Shown: positions 38,645 through 46,233 of the stretch, piece by piece
Layout: each line of letters opens with the position of its first letter
Position numbering within the stretch: the stretch's first letter is position 1
IMG/VR virus record: IMGVR_UViG_3300030104_007656
Location: 1 to 56,714 of that record
DNA from: a virus
Lineage: Duplodnaviria; Caudoviricetes
DNA: 56,714 bases
Strand: one strand, 5' to 3'
Notes under the pieces: model-generated
Database searches by the model: none
The model's input: the letters and a program-made list of their open reading frames with translations, nothing else
Told to the model about the DNA's origin: nothing
Made by a program: the position numbers and the translations under genes

Positions 38645-40153
38645 TTAGCTCAAGAACATCTTCACTAGAGTTGCATTTACCTTGACAAACTTAGCTGTTA
38701 CGGAATTACCGGAAGTAGCATCAGTCATTACGAAATTACCACCACCAGCACCGTCACCACTGTAAGCAAGTCTATCAGTAAGAACTTTTAGTTCAGAACT
38801 TCTAGCAGCATCACCAGCAGAGCGATCACTAATAGCGGTATTCAAAACAGCAGCCAAGGAATTATCAGCAGCCAAAGCAGCAGCTTCTTCAGCGATAACA
38901 AGTGCTGTACGTGCAGAAACTTCTGTAGACAATGCGCTTGATTCAGTGGCATCACCAGCGATACGAGCAGTACTAGCATCGGCAATATCAGAACCACGAT
39001 CAGAAATACCATTGGTCAACTTGAGAGCAGCAGATGTATCACCAGCAGCGCGCAAGACTTCTTCGGCAGTAATAGCAGAAACGCGAGCAGAAACAGCAGT
39101 TGAAAGATCTGCGGTAACTACGACATCACCAGATTGACGAGAACTCGTCAAGGCTGTGTGGTCTGTAGCACGAGCAGCAGCTTCGGCATCAATCTCACCC
39201 TGTAGAAGGAGATCAACTGAATTACGAGCAGCAGCTTCAGCAGTAACGGCAGCTATACGAGCAGCTTTTGCAACAGATAGAGCAGAACTATTAGAAGAAT
39301 CACCAGCTTCACGAGCAACGACTTCCTCAGAAATCTTAGCAACGCGATTAGCAACAGCAGCGTCCTTATCAGCAACAAGTGTTACATCAACACTACCACG
39401 GGCAGTGATTTCAGCAGCAATTGCATTAGAGTATGCAAGTTCTTCAGCATCTAGAGCGGCAGAAATAACTGCATCACCAGATTCACGCTCACTCAAGCGA
39501 ACACTCAAATCGGAAGTGCGATTTACTACTTCTGAAGAAAGAGTAGCAGCCAAAAGAGTATCTCCAGAAAGTCTGGAAGAAGCAACAGCGGCTAAGCCAG
39601 AATCTTCGTTACCTAGTTCTGTTGTCAACTCACCGTCAACAGCAGTATCGCCAGCGCCGCGAGCATTAACTGCCACGACCATCAAAGAAGCACGTGCATC
39701 TTCAGCATCACTAAGCTTGGTATCAAGACTTGAGTCTTCAGTACCACGCGTACCAGCTTCAGCAGCAACAGCAGCATTCATTGCTAACAATTCAGCAGAA
39801 ATAGCTGTTGATTGAGCAGTATCACCTGCTTGGCGAGCAGCAACCATAGCATCAAGATCAACAGTTGCTCGTGAAACTTCAGCAGACAATGCTGAGCTTT
39901 GAGTATTATCACCCGTACCACGAGCATTAATTGTTACTGTCATGTCAGATGCACGAGCAGAAACTTCAGAACTTAAGGATGCTGAAACAACACCTCTTGC
40001 TGTTGATGCTTCGCTAAAAGCAAGGTTTAGTTTTTTATCTAAACCAGACTCGGGTTCGGAAACCATTAAAACTTCAGCAAGATCAGCGGATGAATCAAGC
40101 ATTTTCTTTTGTAAAACTAAACCAGAATTGGATGCGGCGGTAATATAAGCCAT
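38645..40153 (-). CDS. Ala/Ser-rich coiled-coil fibre protein, paralog 1
   Basis: 502 aa. Consecutive 29-mers: SSEVSARASDMTVTINARGTGDNTQSSAL / SAEVSRATVDLDAMVAARQAGDTAQSTAI / SAELLAMNAAVAAEAGTRGTEDSSLDTKL. Confidence 0.85.
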   Translation of the reverse strand: MAYITAASNSGLVLQKKMLDSSADLAEVLMVSEPESGLDKKLNLAFSEASTARGVVSASLSSEVSARASDMTVTINARGTGDNTQSSALSAEVSRATVDLDAMVAARQAGDTAQSTAISAELLAMNAAVAAEAGTRGTEDSSLDTKLSDAEDARASLMVVAVNARGAGDTAVDGELTTELGNEDSGLAAVASSRLSGDTLLAATLSSEVVNRTSDLSVRLSERESGDAVISAALDAEELAYSNAIAAEITARGSVDVTLVADKDAAVANRVAKISEEVVAREAGDSSNSSALSVAKAARIAAVTAEAAARNSVDLLLQGEIDAEAAARATDHTALTSSRQSGDVVVTADLSTAVSARVSAITAEEVLRAAGDTSAALKLTNGISDRGSDIADASTARIAGDATESSALSTEVSARTALVIAEEAAALAADNSLAAVLNTAISDRSAGDAARSSELKVLTDRLAYSGDGAGGGNFVMTDATSGNSVTAKFVKVNATLVKMFLS

Positions 40154-40499
40154 TTTATATTTTCCTCCTTTTTATATGTTACGAAACAATTTTGAGACTG
40201 ATGAACAACCAGGGTTACCCCTTTTGTGCAACATTCTAAAACCTTCCTTTTGTGTGAACGTTATAGAAACCATTTCGCTATCACTTGTATCTAGTCTCAG
40301 AGATAGATAACAAAACAGCAAAACGATTTATATTTTGTGAAACATTCTTTCGTATAAAAATACGAAACACTTTATCAATTAGTCTTCAAAATGACAAAAG
40401 GAAAAGGTTAGAGAACATTGCGGCAAATTAGATTTAGTTAGTCTTGTCTAAGATGCCCTCTATAAACGCTGCACCACAGAATATATTCAAACTTTTTAT

Positions 40500-40524
40500 A
40501 AAAAAAGCTCCCTAAAAAGGGAGC
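40500..40524 (-). terminator. Rho-independent terminator after the tRNA cluster
   Basis: Minus strand GCTCCC-TTTTTA-GGGAGC-TTTTTTT, immediately after the tRNA-Ser CCA. Confidence 0.85.
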
Positions 40525-40526
40525 CC

Positions 40527-40614
40527 TGGAGGAAGGAGAGGGATTCGAACCCTCGGTGGGTTTCCCCACACAGCATTTCCAATGCTGCACCATCGGCCTC
40601 TCGGTCATCCTTCC
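40527..40614 (-). tRNA. tRNA-Ser(GGA)
   Basis: Anticodon arm CAGCA-TTGGAAA-TGCTG, long variable arm (GTGGG-GAAA-CCCAC), GGTTCGAATCC T-arm, encoded CCA. Confidence 0.95.
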
Positions 40615-40620
40615 ATATAT

Positions 40621-40646
40621 AAGCAGTTTGAAGACATACTTAGGTC
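40621..40646 (-). ncRNA. Small H-type pseudoknot RNA motif, copy 1 (abiF-motif-like?)
   Basis: GACCTAAGTATGTCTTCAAACTGCTT: GAC/GTC stem, with loop AAGUA pairing to the downstream UGCUU. Near-identical to 40914-40939. Confidence 0.55.
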
Positions 40647-40667
40647 ATACGCTAGAATCGCACTCTA

Positions 40668-40743
40668 TGGTGGAGAGTATCGGAGTCGAACCGATCACCC
40701 CCTGCGTGCAAAGCAGGCGCTCTACCAGATGAGCTAACTCCCC
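40668..40743 (-). tRNA. tRNA-Ala(TGC)
   Basis: GGGGAGTTAGCTCATCTGGTAGAGC..CCTGC-TTTGCAC-GCAGG..GGTTCGACTCC..ACTCTCCACCA, with G3-U70. Confidence 0.97.
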
Positions 40744-40750
40744 AGCACCA

Positions 40751-40757
40751 TAACTAG
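40751..40757 (-). promoter_or_regulatory. Putative phage late promoter motif (CTAGTTA) upstream of tRNA-Ala
   Basis: 7 nt upstream of the tRNA 5' end. Confidence 0.45.
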
Positions 40758-40781
40758 AAGACGGACACATAAAAACATTAT

Positions 40782-40901
40782 TCACTTCTTTTTAAACCTA
40801 AAATCAATCCACGACTTTATGTAATACATTAAACCTAGCCAGACTGAAAAAACAAGCCCATCTGTGTAACTTAGATTATTCCATACATCTAGAAAATTCA
40901 A
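40782..40901 (-). CDS. 39-aa single-pass membrane protein (not in ORF track)
   Basis: AGGAGG RBS then TTG. MNFLDVWNNLSYTDGLVFSVWLGLMYYIKSWIDFRFKKK*. Confidence 0.7.
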   Translation of the reverse strand: MNFLDVWNNLSYTDGLVFSVWLGLMYYIKSWIDFRFKKK

Positions 40902-40913
40902 TTATACCTCCTG

Positions 40914-40939
40914 AAGCAGTTTATGGACTTGCTTAGGTC
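40914..40939 (-). ncRNA. Small H-type pseudoknot RNA motif, copy 2 (abiF-motif-like?)
   Basis: GACCTAAGCAAGTCCATAAACTGCTT: GAC/GTC stem with AAGCA/UGCUU pseudoknot pairing. Starts 5 nt after the tRNA-Thr CCA. Confidence 0.55.
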
Positions 40940-40944
40940 TTATA

Positions 40945-41020
40945 TGGAGCCGCTTATCCGACTTGAACGGATGACCGTCGGTTTACAAAACCGAAGCTCT
41001 ACCAACTGAGCTAAAGCGGC
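40945..41020 (-). tRNA. tRNA-Thr(TGT)
   Basis: GCCGCTT acceptor, TCGGT-TTTGTAA-ACCGA anticodon arm, GTTCAAGTC T-loop, CCA. Confidence 0.96.
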
Positions 41021-41022
41021 GT

Positions 41023-41099
41023 TGGTAGGGGGCCAGAGACTTGAACTCTGAACCTACTGATTATGAGTCAGTTGCTCTAACCAATTGAGCTAACCCCCC
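41023..41099 (-). tRNA. tRNA with CAT anticodon, probably tRNA-Ile2 (lysidine)
   Basis: ACTGA-CTCATAA-TCAGT arm, TTGGTTAGAGC D-arm, A73. Lacks the initiator's three G-C anticodon-stem pairs. TilS is encoded 1.5 kb away. Confidence 0.85.
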
Positions 41100-41115
41100 A
41101 CAGTTATATTATACT

Positions 41116-42012
41116 CTATTCTTTCTTTTGTTTATCGTTTTTTGGAAAACCGTTTTTGACTAATAATTTACCCATTTGCACATAATCTTTATTGATTTCA
41201 AAACCTGCCCATTCATAACCTCTTTGCTCGCAGACAAAACATTCACTACCAGTTCCAGCAAAAGGAATCAAAACAGTTGCAGTCTGCCCCTCTTCAATAC
41301 AAGCATCTAACAGAGTTTCTGTAACCTTGACTGGTTTTTGAGTGGGATGAGAAATCAGGTCACTAATATCCGCTTCTTGGTTTTTCATTTCTTTTTTCTG
41401 GCGAGAGGTAATAAGCTTATCCATTGAAGGCGAATAAAAGAATCTTTCTTTAGAGCCAGCACCACCAGCTAAAGATGGAGAACAAATAACATCTCTAGGA
41501 AGAGCACCCTTATCATTTACAGTGTAGAGAGTTTCCTCACTGTCACCAAATCTTCCTTTAGTGCTTGGTCGTTTCCTTTTCTTATCTTTGTAGCCTTTAA
41601 TAAAACGATCTGTATATGGAACCCTCACCTGATCTCTGTAGAACGTTTTATCTTCTTTCCAACAGCACAGGATAGATTCATGAGTTCTTTGCCAAAAGTT
41701 TAAGCTGGGAACAGTTTTGTTAGTATAGTGCCAAACTAGCCAACGTTGGTTTAGGTTAATATTGACTGATAAGTGTGCTAACACTTCGGAAAACCCATAA
41801 ACATACATTGTTCCATTTGGTTTCAAAATTCGTTCACATTCTGTTAACCACTGTTGAGCCCAGGTAATATATTCAGATATTTCAAGTTTTGTCTTATTAT
41901 TACCGTAATCTTTGCCTATATTGTACGGTGGATCTAGGATAATACAATCCACACTATCTGATTTGACTTTTTTGAGTCCTTCAATTACATCAATATGATA
42001 AATCATCACCAC
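41116..42012 (-). CDS. DNA N4-cytosine/N6-adenine methyltransferase (beta class)
   Basis: DPPY motif near the N-terminus, HPTQKP, IPFAGTGS (motif I), GFEINKDY. Confidence 0.93.
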   Translation of the reverse strand: MVMIYHIDVIEGLKKVKSDSVDCIILDPPYNIGKDYGNNKTKLEISEYITWAQQWLTECERILKPNGTMYVYGFSEVLAHLSVNINLNQRWLVWHYTNKTVPSLNFWQRTHESILCCWKEDKTFYRDQVRVPYTDRFIKGYKDKKRKRPSTKGRFGDSEETLYTVNDKGALPRDVICSPSLAGGAGSKERFFYSPSMDKLITSRQKKEMKNQEADISDLISHPTQKPVKVTETLLDACIEEGQTATVLIPFAGTGSECFVCEQRGYEWAGFEINKDYVQMGKLLVKNGFPKNDKQKKE

Positions 42013-42027
42013 TCCACAGGGAGTATT

Positions 42028-42642
42028 TTACCACATTTCAATTTCTTTGATAAATGGCAAGTCAATTAATTTGTAATAGTTGTTGATGCCGCCAACAATA
42101 TAATCATCATTGTCAGCTTTCTCACCGCCTTGTTGTTTTCGGAACGGTTCTCTGTCTAATTTGTTGATATACTCAACAAAATCTTCTTTTTCCATGAAAT
42201 ATGCACGAACCACTGGCGGTTGTATGTCGCGAACCTTCTCAGAGAGAAGTTGATTCTCCTGATTGGGATTTGGATTGATGCCAAAAAAGATAAAACGCTC
42301 CCAATCTTTCTCAGCAGCAATATGATTAAAGGTGAACCCATCTGGTTGAATTAGTTTTTTACCAGTTTTTGAATTCTTGGGCGAATTTGCCAGAGAGAAC
42401 TTGATTTCTGTTTTATAACCATCAATGATTCTGTCATGCCCAGGATTTGTAGGTGATTCAACCGTGGCACCTAATTGCAACTCCATAAAACCCTCAACAT
42501 ACTCTTCGCCGAAGTGACCTTTTTGTTTCGGGTCCATCCGGGGATAATCCTCAAAGTAAGTACCTTTCCAATTATTGTGTAGAGAGCGATCAATATACTC
42601 TTTAAGGTTTTTATTTTCAAAGATTTTTTGATGTAGACTCAT
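42028..42642 (-). CDS. Putative PD-(D/E)XK restriction-like endonuclease
   Basis: KGHFGEEYV...GHDRIIDGYKTEIKFS (E...D...ExK), directly upstream of the methyltransferase. Confidence 0.65.
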   Translation of the reverse strand: MSLHQKIFENKNLKEYIDRSLHNNWKGTYFEDYPRMDPKQKGHFGEEYVEGFMELQLGATVESPTNPGHDRIIDGYKTEIKFSLANSPKNSKTGKKLIQPDGFTFNHIAAEKDWERFIFFGINPNPNQENQLLSEKVRDIQPPVVRAYFMEKEDFVEYINKLDREPFRKQQGGEKADNDDYIVGGINNYYKLIDLPFIKEIEMW

Positions 42643-43237
42643 TTTTGTATTCCTTTTCTACGAGTTTACGAAATGTTTTTTCAACGCCTGGATTTACGAT
42701 CCGAGCATGGGGCATAATATCGTGCCTAATAATACTTCTCATGAATTTCCTGTCTGCATTCCCTGGGTCTATAAGAAACGGTACTTCTTTCCTGTTACAC
42801 CAGTCCTCCAGAGAGTATTTAGACGTAGAGATAAATGGTCTAATAACGTTTTTGTTGTTATAGGGGATAATCTTACCCTGACCGTGTATAGAAGAGAATA
42901 AAAACCACTCAATCACATCGTCTAAATTATGACCCGTAACAATCGGCATATTGAAACTATGGAAGAACTTATACCGCTCATCACGCCAATGCTCTTCAAG
43001 TGATTTTTTCGGCGGACAAGAATTATAATTAATTCCAATCACAACAGGGATATCTCTTCTATCACAAAAATCTTTTACAAACCTTTTACACTTTTTGCCG
43101 AACTCTGTACCATGATCAAAATAACAAGCTGTTACATCGTGGTTATTATTGAGGAAATCTAAAATAGCCATAGAGTCGGGACCGCCACTGACTGCAACCC
43201 CTAACTCTCTTGGTAAATTTCCTAAGATTCGTAACAT
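42617..43237 (-). CDS. tilS: tRNA(Ile)-lysidine synthase, minimal catalytic-domain-only form
   Basis: VAVSGGPDS PP-loop, RDERY, TGHNLDD.IE, IRPF, DPGN..RKFMRS.IRH. Start moved to ATG 43237 after AGGAG, because the longer call overlaps tRNA-Arg. Confidence 0.9.
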   Translation of the reverse strand: MLRILGNLPRELGVAVSGGPDSMAILDFLNNNHDVTACYFDHGTEFGKKCKRFVKDFCDRRDIPVVIGINYNSCPPKKSLEEHWRDERYKFFHSFNMPIVTGHNLDDVIEWFLFSSIHGQGKIIPYNNKNVIRPFISTSKYSLEDWCNRKEVPFLIDPGNADRKFMRSIIRHDIMPHARIVNPGVEKTFRKLVEKEYKNESTSKNL

Positions 43238-43247
43238 CTCAACTCCT

Positions 43248-43324
<77 letters not shown>

Positions 43325-43340
43325 AAATGTGAAGAGTTTT

Positions 43341-43508
43341 CACCCGATCAATTACGGGATTCCTATCCGTGTGTATCTAACCCTACAAACCGTCTTCCAC
43401 ACGCAACTCTTCTAAGGTATGTGGGTACTGTAGGTAGGGACGCTGGCTCTTTTTAGCTGCCTGCCAGATCGGCTCAGGTTTACCCTTAACGCTTATCTTC
43501 GCCGGGTG
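43341..43508 (-). ncRNA. Structured ncRNA candidate, possibly 6S-like
   Basis: GC-richer intergenic gap. Ends pair (CACCCGG/UCGGGUG). Inner UAAACCUGAGCCG pairs with CGGUUUGUAGGGUUA. Internal hairpins CUGGC/GCCAG and CCACAU/GUGUGG. Confidence 0.4.
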
Positions 43509-43523
43509 TTTGCCTTTTTCATG

Positions 43524-43730
43524 TTACTCCTCGTCTGGTTTGAAACCGATACCACCGTGCCAGAAATCAATAGCACTTTCTGGTGCTGCTGTTCCTGTAT
43601 CTGGAATAGTATCAATCAAATCATTGACGAACTTATCCACAGAAGCATTGAAATCCTCAAGGGATGCTCCCTCTTTGCTAAGGATTTGTAGTGTAAAACT
43701 ACACTTCCATTGTTCATTATTTTTGGACAT
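43524..43730 (-). CDS. Hypothetical protein
   Basis: 68 aa, AGGAG RBS. Confidence 0.65.
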   Translation of the reverse strand: MSKNNEQWKCSFTLQILSKEGASLEDFNASVDKFVNDLIDTIPDTGTAAPESAIDFWHGGIGFKPDEE

Positions 43731-43764
43731 TGTTTTCTCCTAATCCAAATAAGTGATAATGTTA

Positions 43765-43977
43765 TTACTTCTTGCGAAGTTTAAGATTCTTACCGGCAAT
43801 AATAATATTAGGATTCTTAATATTGGGATTCAACTTCTGGAGCTTTTTACGGCTAATCTTATGTTTCATTGCAAGTTCGCTAAGAGTATCACCCTTTTGA
43901 ATACGAACTGAGATTGTCTGACTATGTGAACAACCAATGAAAGAAAGGGCGAGCGAGAATACTAATACATTTTTCAT
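43765..43977 (-). CDS. LysM-domain lipoprotein
   Basis: Lipobox FIGC; IQKGDTLSELA.KH.IS...LQKLNP.IKNPNII.AG..L. Confidence 0.9.
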   Translation of the reverse strand: MKNVLVFSLALSFIGCSHSQTISVRIQKGDTLSELAMKHKISRKKLQKLNPNIKNPNIIIAGKNLKLRKK

Positions 43978-43988
43978 TGTATTTCTCC

Positions 43989-44303
43989 TTATATTCCATA
44001 AACGCCGATGACGTCTTTTGCTTTATCTTCTAAAATATTACCACGTGGAAAGTTTTTAGTAGGTGTTTTCCAAGAAGCAGGTTTCCAAATCAAGCCGTCC
44101 TCTTTACTGACGAAAAACCAAACACTCTCCTGAAAACTACTGATTTGTTTAGCAACTTTATAATATTTACTGCCGGGATAGACTTTGATCTCCGGAGAAT
44201 CAAGCCTGTTAAACTTTTCGGAATAATGTTCTTTGAGCATTTCTTCACACTCTTTGATGAAACCTTCCAAGTGAAACTCAACTTCGGGATTTGCAATCGC
44301 CAT
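43989..44303 (-). CDS. Conserved T4-like phage hypothetical protein
   Basis: Start moved to ATG 44303 (GGGAG RBS). KYYKV...VWFFVSK.DG.IWKPASWKTP.K..RGNI motif. Confidence 0.75.
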   Translation of the reverse strand: MAIANPEVEFHLEGFIKECEEMLKEHYSEKFNRLDSPEIKVYPGSKYYKVAKQISSFQESVWFFVSKEDGLIWKPASWKTPTKNFPRGNILEDKAKDVIGVYGI

Positions 44304-44313
44304 TTTAGTCTCC

Positions 44314-44469
44314 CTAAAATAAGAAGGTGTTCTTGACAAGGTGGTCAACAACCACATCGTGGATTTCCATAGCATTTTTGGGATGCTCTTTGATGGCGTC
44401 ATACCAAGCGTCAAGCGCACTTTGACCTTTGGCGTTGAAAATGTTTTCAATATGATCTTGAACCGACAT
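44314..44469 (-). CDS. 51-aa hypothetical early protein (not in ORF track)
   Basis: AAGGAGAGAG RBS. MSVQDHIENIFNAKGQSALDAWYDAIKEHPKNAMEIHDVVVDHLVKNTFLF*. Confidence 0.7.
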   Translation of the reverse strand: MSVQDHIENIFNAKGQSALDAWYDAIKEHPKNAMEIHDVVVDHLVKNTFLF

Positions 44470-44489
44470 AACTCTCTCCTTATAATACT

Positions 44490-44517
44490 ATATTATCACA
44501 TTGATATTAGAAGTCAA
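44490..44517 (-). promoter_or_regulatory. Sigma70-type early promoter
   Basis: TTGACT-N16-TAATAT with an extended TG. Confidence 0.65.
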
Positions 44518-44522
44518 GCTTT

Positions 44523-45002
44523 TTACGAAGCTTTTTCTAAATCACGCTCATAATAATGATTGTCATAACGAGGGTTTTCACGCTGCTCAATGACATCAAT
44601 CTTATAACCACCACCTCGCTGAGCTTCTGTGACTAGTCCGACTTTACCAGCAAGCTTAGCACGCATGTTGCGCTTATTTTCTTTGAAGCGAATAAGAGAC
44701 CCAACAGGAAACTTAGGGGGCAACGGAGCACAAGTATTGATAGCTTGGGTGATATTATCTACAAAATAACCTGCAAAATAATCCGTATGAGGATCGCTTA
44801 CATCCCCATCCCTGGTAACCTTAATAAGACAGATCTTGTTACCACCGTTAGTCCTATCATAAAAACTAATGACCTGATTTGATCCCTCAAAGCGAATATA
44901 CCAAAGCGAATCGTTGGCACGTTTCTGCTCTTTGATATCTACCTTAAGATTGATCTTTTTGGCACGATTTTGGATCTTTTTGAGTGCTGACTCTAACTTC
45001 AT
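44523..45002 (-). CDS. Hypothetical early protein (C-terminal SH3/KOW-like fold possible)
   Basis: 159 aa, strong RBS. KFPVGSLIRF...GKVGLVT...YERDLE. Confidence 0.75.
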   Translation of the reverse strand: MKLESALKKIQNRAKKINLKVDIKEQKRANDSLWYIRFEGSNQVISFYDRTNGGNKICLIKVTRDGDVSDPHTDYFAGYFVDNITQAINTCAPLPPKFPVGSLIRFKENKRNMRAKLAGKVGLVTEAQRGGGYKIDVIEQRENPRYDNHYYERDLEKAS

Positions 45003-45024
45003 AACTTCTCTCCCTTACAACACT

Positions 45025-45052
45025 ATAATAGCATTAATACGAAAGGAGTCAA
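45025..45052 (-). promoter_or_regulatory. Sigma70-type early promoter
   Basis: TTGACT-N16-TATTAT with an extended TG. Leader nearly duplicates the one at 44470-44517. Confidence 0.65.
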
Positions 45053-45064
45053 GTAAAAATGAAA

Positions 45065-45244
45065 TTAAAAACCAGTTACTTCTGGTGGAAATAAATCAAC
45101 CTGAATCTTAGGATCACAAGCAACCAACTCTTTTGGTACCTCAAAGAAATCCATATCAATCATAAAAGTTTCTACAGCTTCACGGAGGGTAGGAGCCCAA
45201 ATGGTAAAACTAACACCACGAACCTCAATCTGAAAACACTTCAC
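45065..45244 (-). CDS. 59-aa hypothetical protein (not in ORF track)
   Basis: GTG start overlapping the upstream TGA (GTGA), AGGA RBS. MKCFQIEVRGVSFTIWAPTLREAVETF... Confidence 0.6.
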   Translation of the reverse strand: MKCFQIEVRGVSFTIWAPTLREAVETFMIDMDFFEVPKELVACDPKIQVDLFPPEVTGF

Positions 45245-45459
45245 TTTTTGTCCTTTCTTGAACGCTTATCAAGCATATACCGAAATTGTTCCTTTTGCAA
45301 GCTTTTCATGGTTAATTTTCTCTTTTTGTTTATTTTCTTCAGCAACTCTCGCTGCTTCTTGCCGTGCCTTGATCGCAGCCATGCGAATAGGGCAATTCCT
45401 CCAAAGGGCAAAACCAGGGCTAATAGAATACCAACCACTAGCGTAAATACTGTAATCAT
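45241..45459 (-). CDS. Small membrane protein
   Basis: 72 aa, TM helix followed by a basic tail. Confidence 0.65.
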   Translation of the reverse strand: MITVFTLVVGILLALVLPFGGIALFAWLRSRHGKKQRELLKKINKKRKLTMKSLQKEQFRYMLDKRSRKDKK

Positions 45460-45462
45460 TCA

Positions 45463-46227
45463 TCAGTACTCCTGTAATGCCAATATTAGTTCGGCTGGAC
45501 CTTGTACATCATGATATGCGGCTGCCTGCATCGCTATATCTAAATCGTTTCCGTCTTTACAAATCTTATCCCCAAAGAAAACACATTGGTCTGGGGATTC
45601 TATCATATTGGAAAAGGCATAACTCTTATCCCAACCTTCTCTTGTAATATCAATAGAAATCTGTCCGCCAAGTCTGAAAGATAATCCCCATCCTTGAAAC
45701 TCTTTTCTGAGTTGTTGAACGATCTTTTTGCGCTCACCACTTTTTAGATCCCACTGAACATAATCTTCTCGCTGATCTCTTGAACAGTTGCGACCTAAAA
45801 CAGAAAAGTTGATCTGGCTTTCTCGCCACTCAATAAAAGTTCCTGTTTTTATTTTAGTGTGAGTTTTGCTAGCTATTTTTAGCAAGACATTAATTATGTG
45901 ATTTATATCAGCACTTGAATAGTGATCTAATAATGTTACTTTATGAATTAGTTCTGGTTCCACGGGACTAGTTTCATCATCCATATCTAAATTACAGTTA
46001 TAGACTCTGGTTCCGTTACAAGCATATACCCGGTCAAATAAAAACAAAAGATCATCTTTGGGGATCTGTTCTTCTATTTTTTCTAGTTCCGAACCTGTGA
46101 CCAAATGACGCTTGGTTCCGGCTGCTGTGGACTTGAGAGCAGACAATACATCGTCTGTGATAGGTTGACGTGGTTCAGTAAGTGTACCATCCATATCAAA
46201 CAGTAGGGCTTTTGGGATTAGTTTCAT
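45463..46227 (-). CDS. Phosphomannomutase, HAD-IIB (eukaryotic PMM-type)
   Basis: FDMDGTLT..R, VTGS, TGTFIEWR..QINFS.LGR, GGQISIDI...GWDK, FFGDK...GND. Confidence 0.9.
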   Translation of the reverse strand: MKLIPKALLFDMDGTLTEPRQPITDDVLSALKSTAAGTKRHLVTGSELEKIEEQIPKDDLLFLFDRVYACNGTRVYNCNLDMDDETSPVEPELIHKVTLLDHYSSADINHIINVLLKIASKTHTKIKTGTFIEWRESQINFSVLGRNCSRDQREDYVQWDLKSGERKKIVQQLRKEFQGWGLSFRLGGQISIDITREGWDKSYAFSNMIESPDQCVFFGDKICKDGNDLDIAMQAAAYHDVQGPAELILALQEY

Positions 46228-46233
46228 TTTATG

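Noticed and set aside
35591-40148. Long alternative-frame and antisense ORFs in the fibre genes (e.g. 39156-39815 +)
   Set aside because: Shadows of Ala/Ser codon bias, with no RBS or independent features.
43331-43412. Hammerhead or HDV-like (theta) ribozyme next to the tRNAs
   Set aside because: An alternative three-way fold exists (GAAGAGUU/AACUCUUC), but no CUGAnGA core or HDV nested pseudoknot was found.
43470-43503. Kink-turn (GGC-GAA-GA.../...UGA-GCC) in the ncRNA candidate
   Set aside because: The non-canonical stem does not extend, and it conflicts with the longer rod-like pairing. Kept only as an alternative fold.
44304-44450. N-terminal extension of ORF 43989-44450
   Set aside because: This region is better explained by a separate 51-aa ORF in another frame with a strong RBS and promoter.
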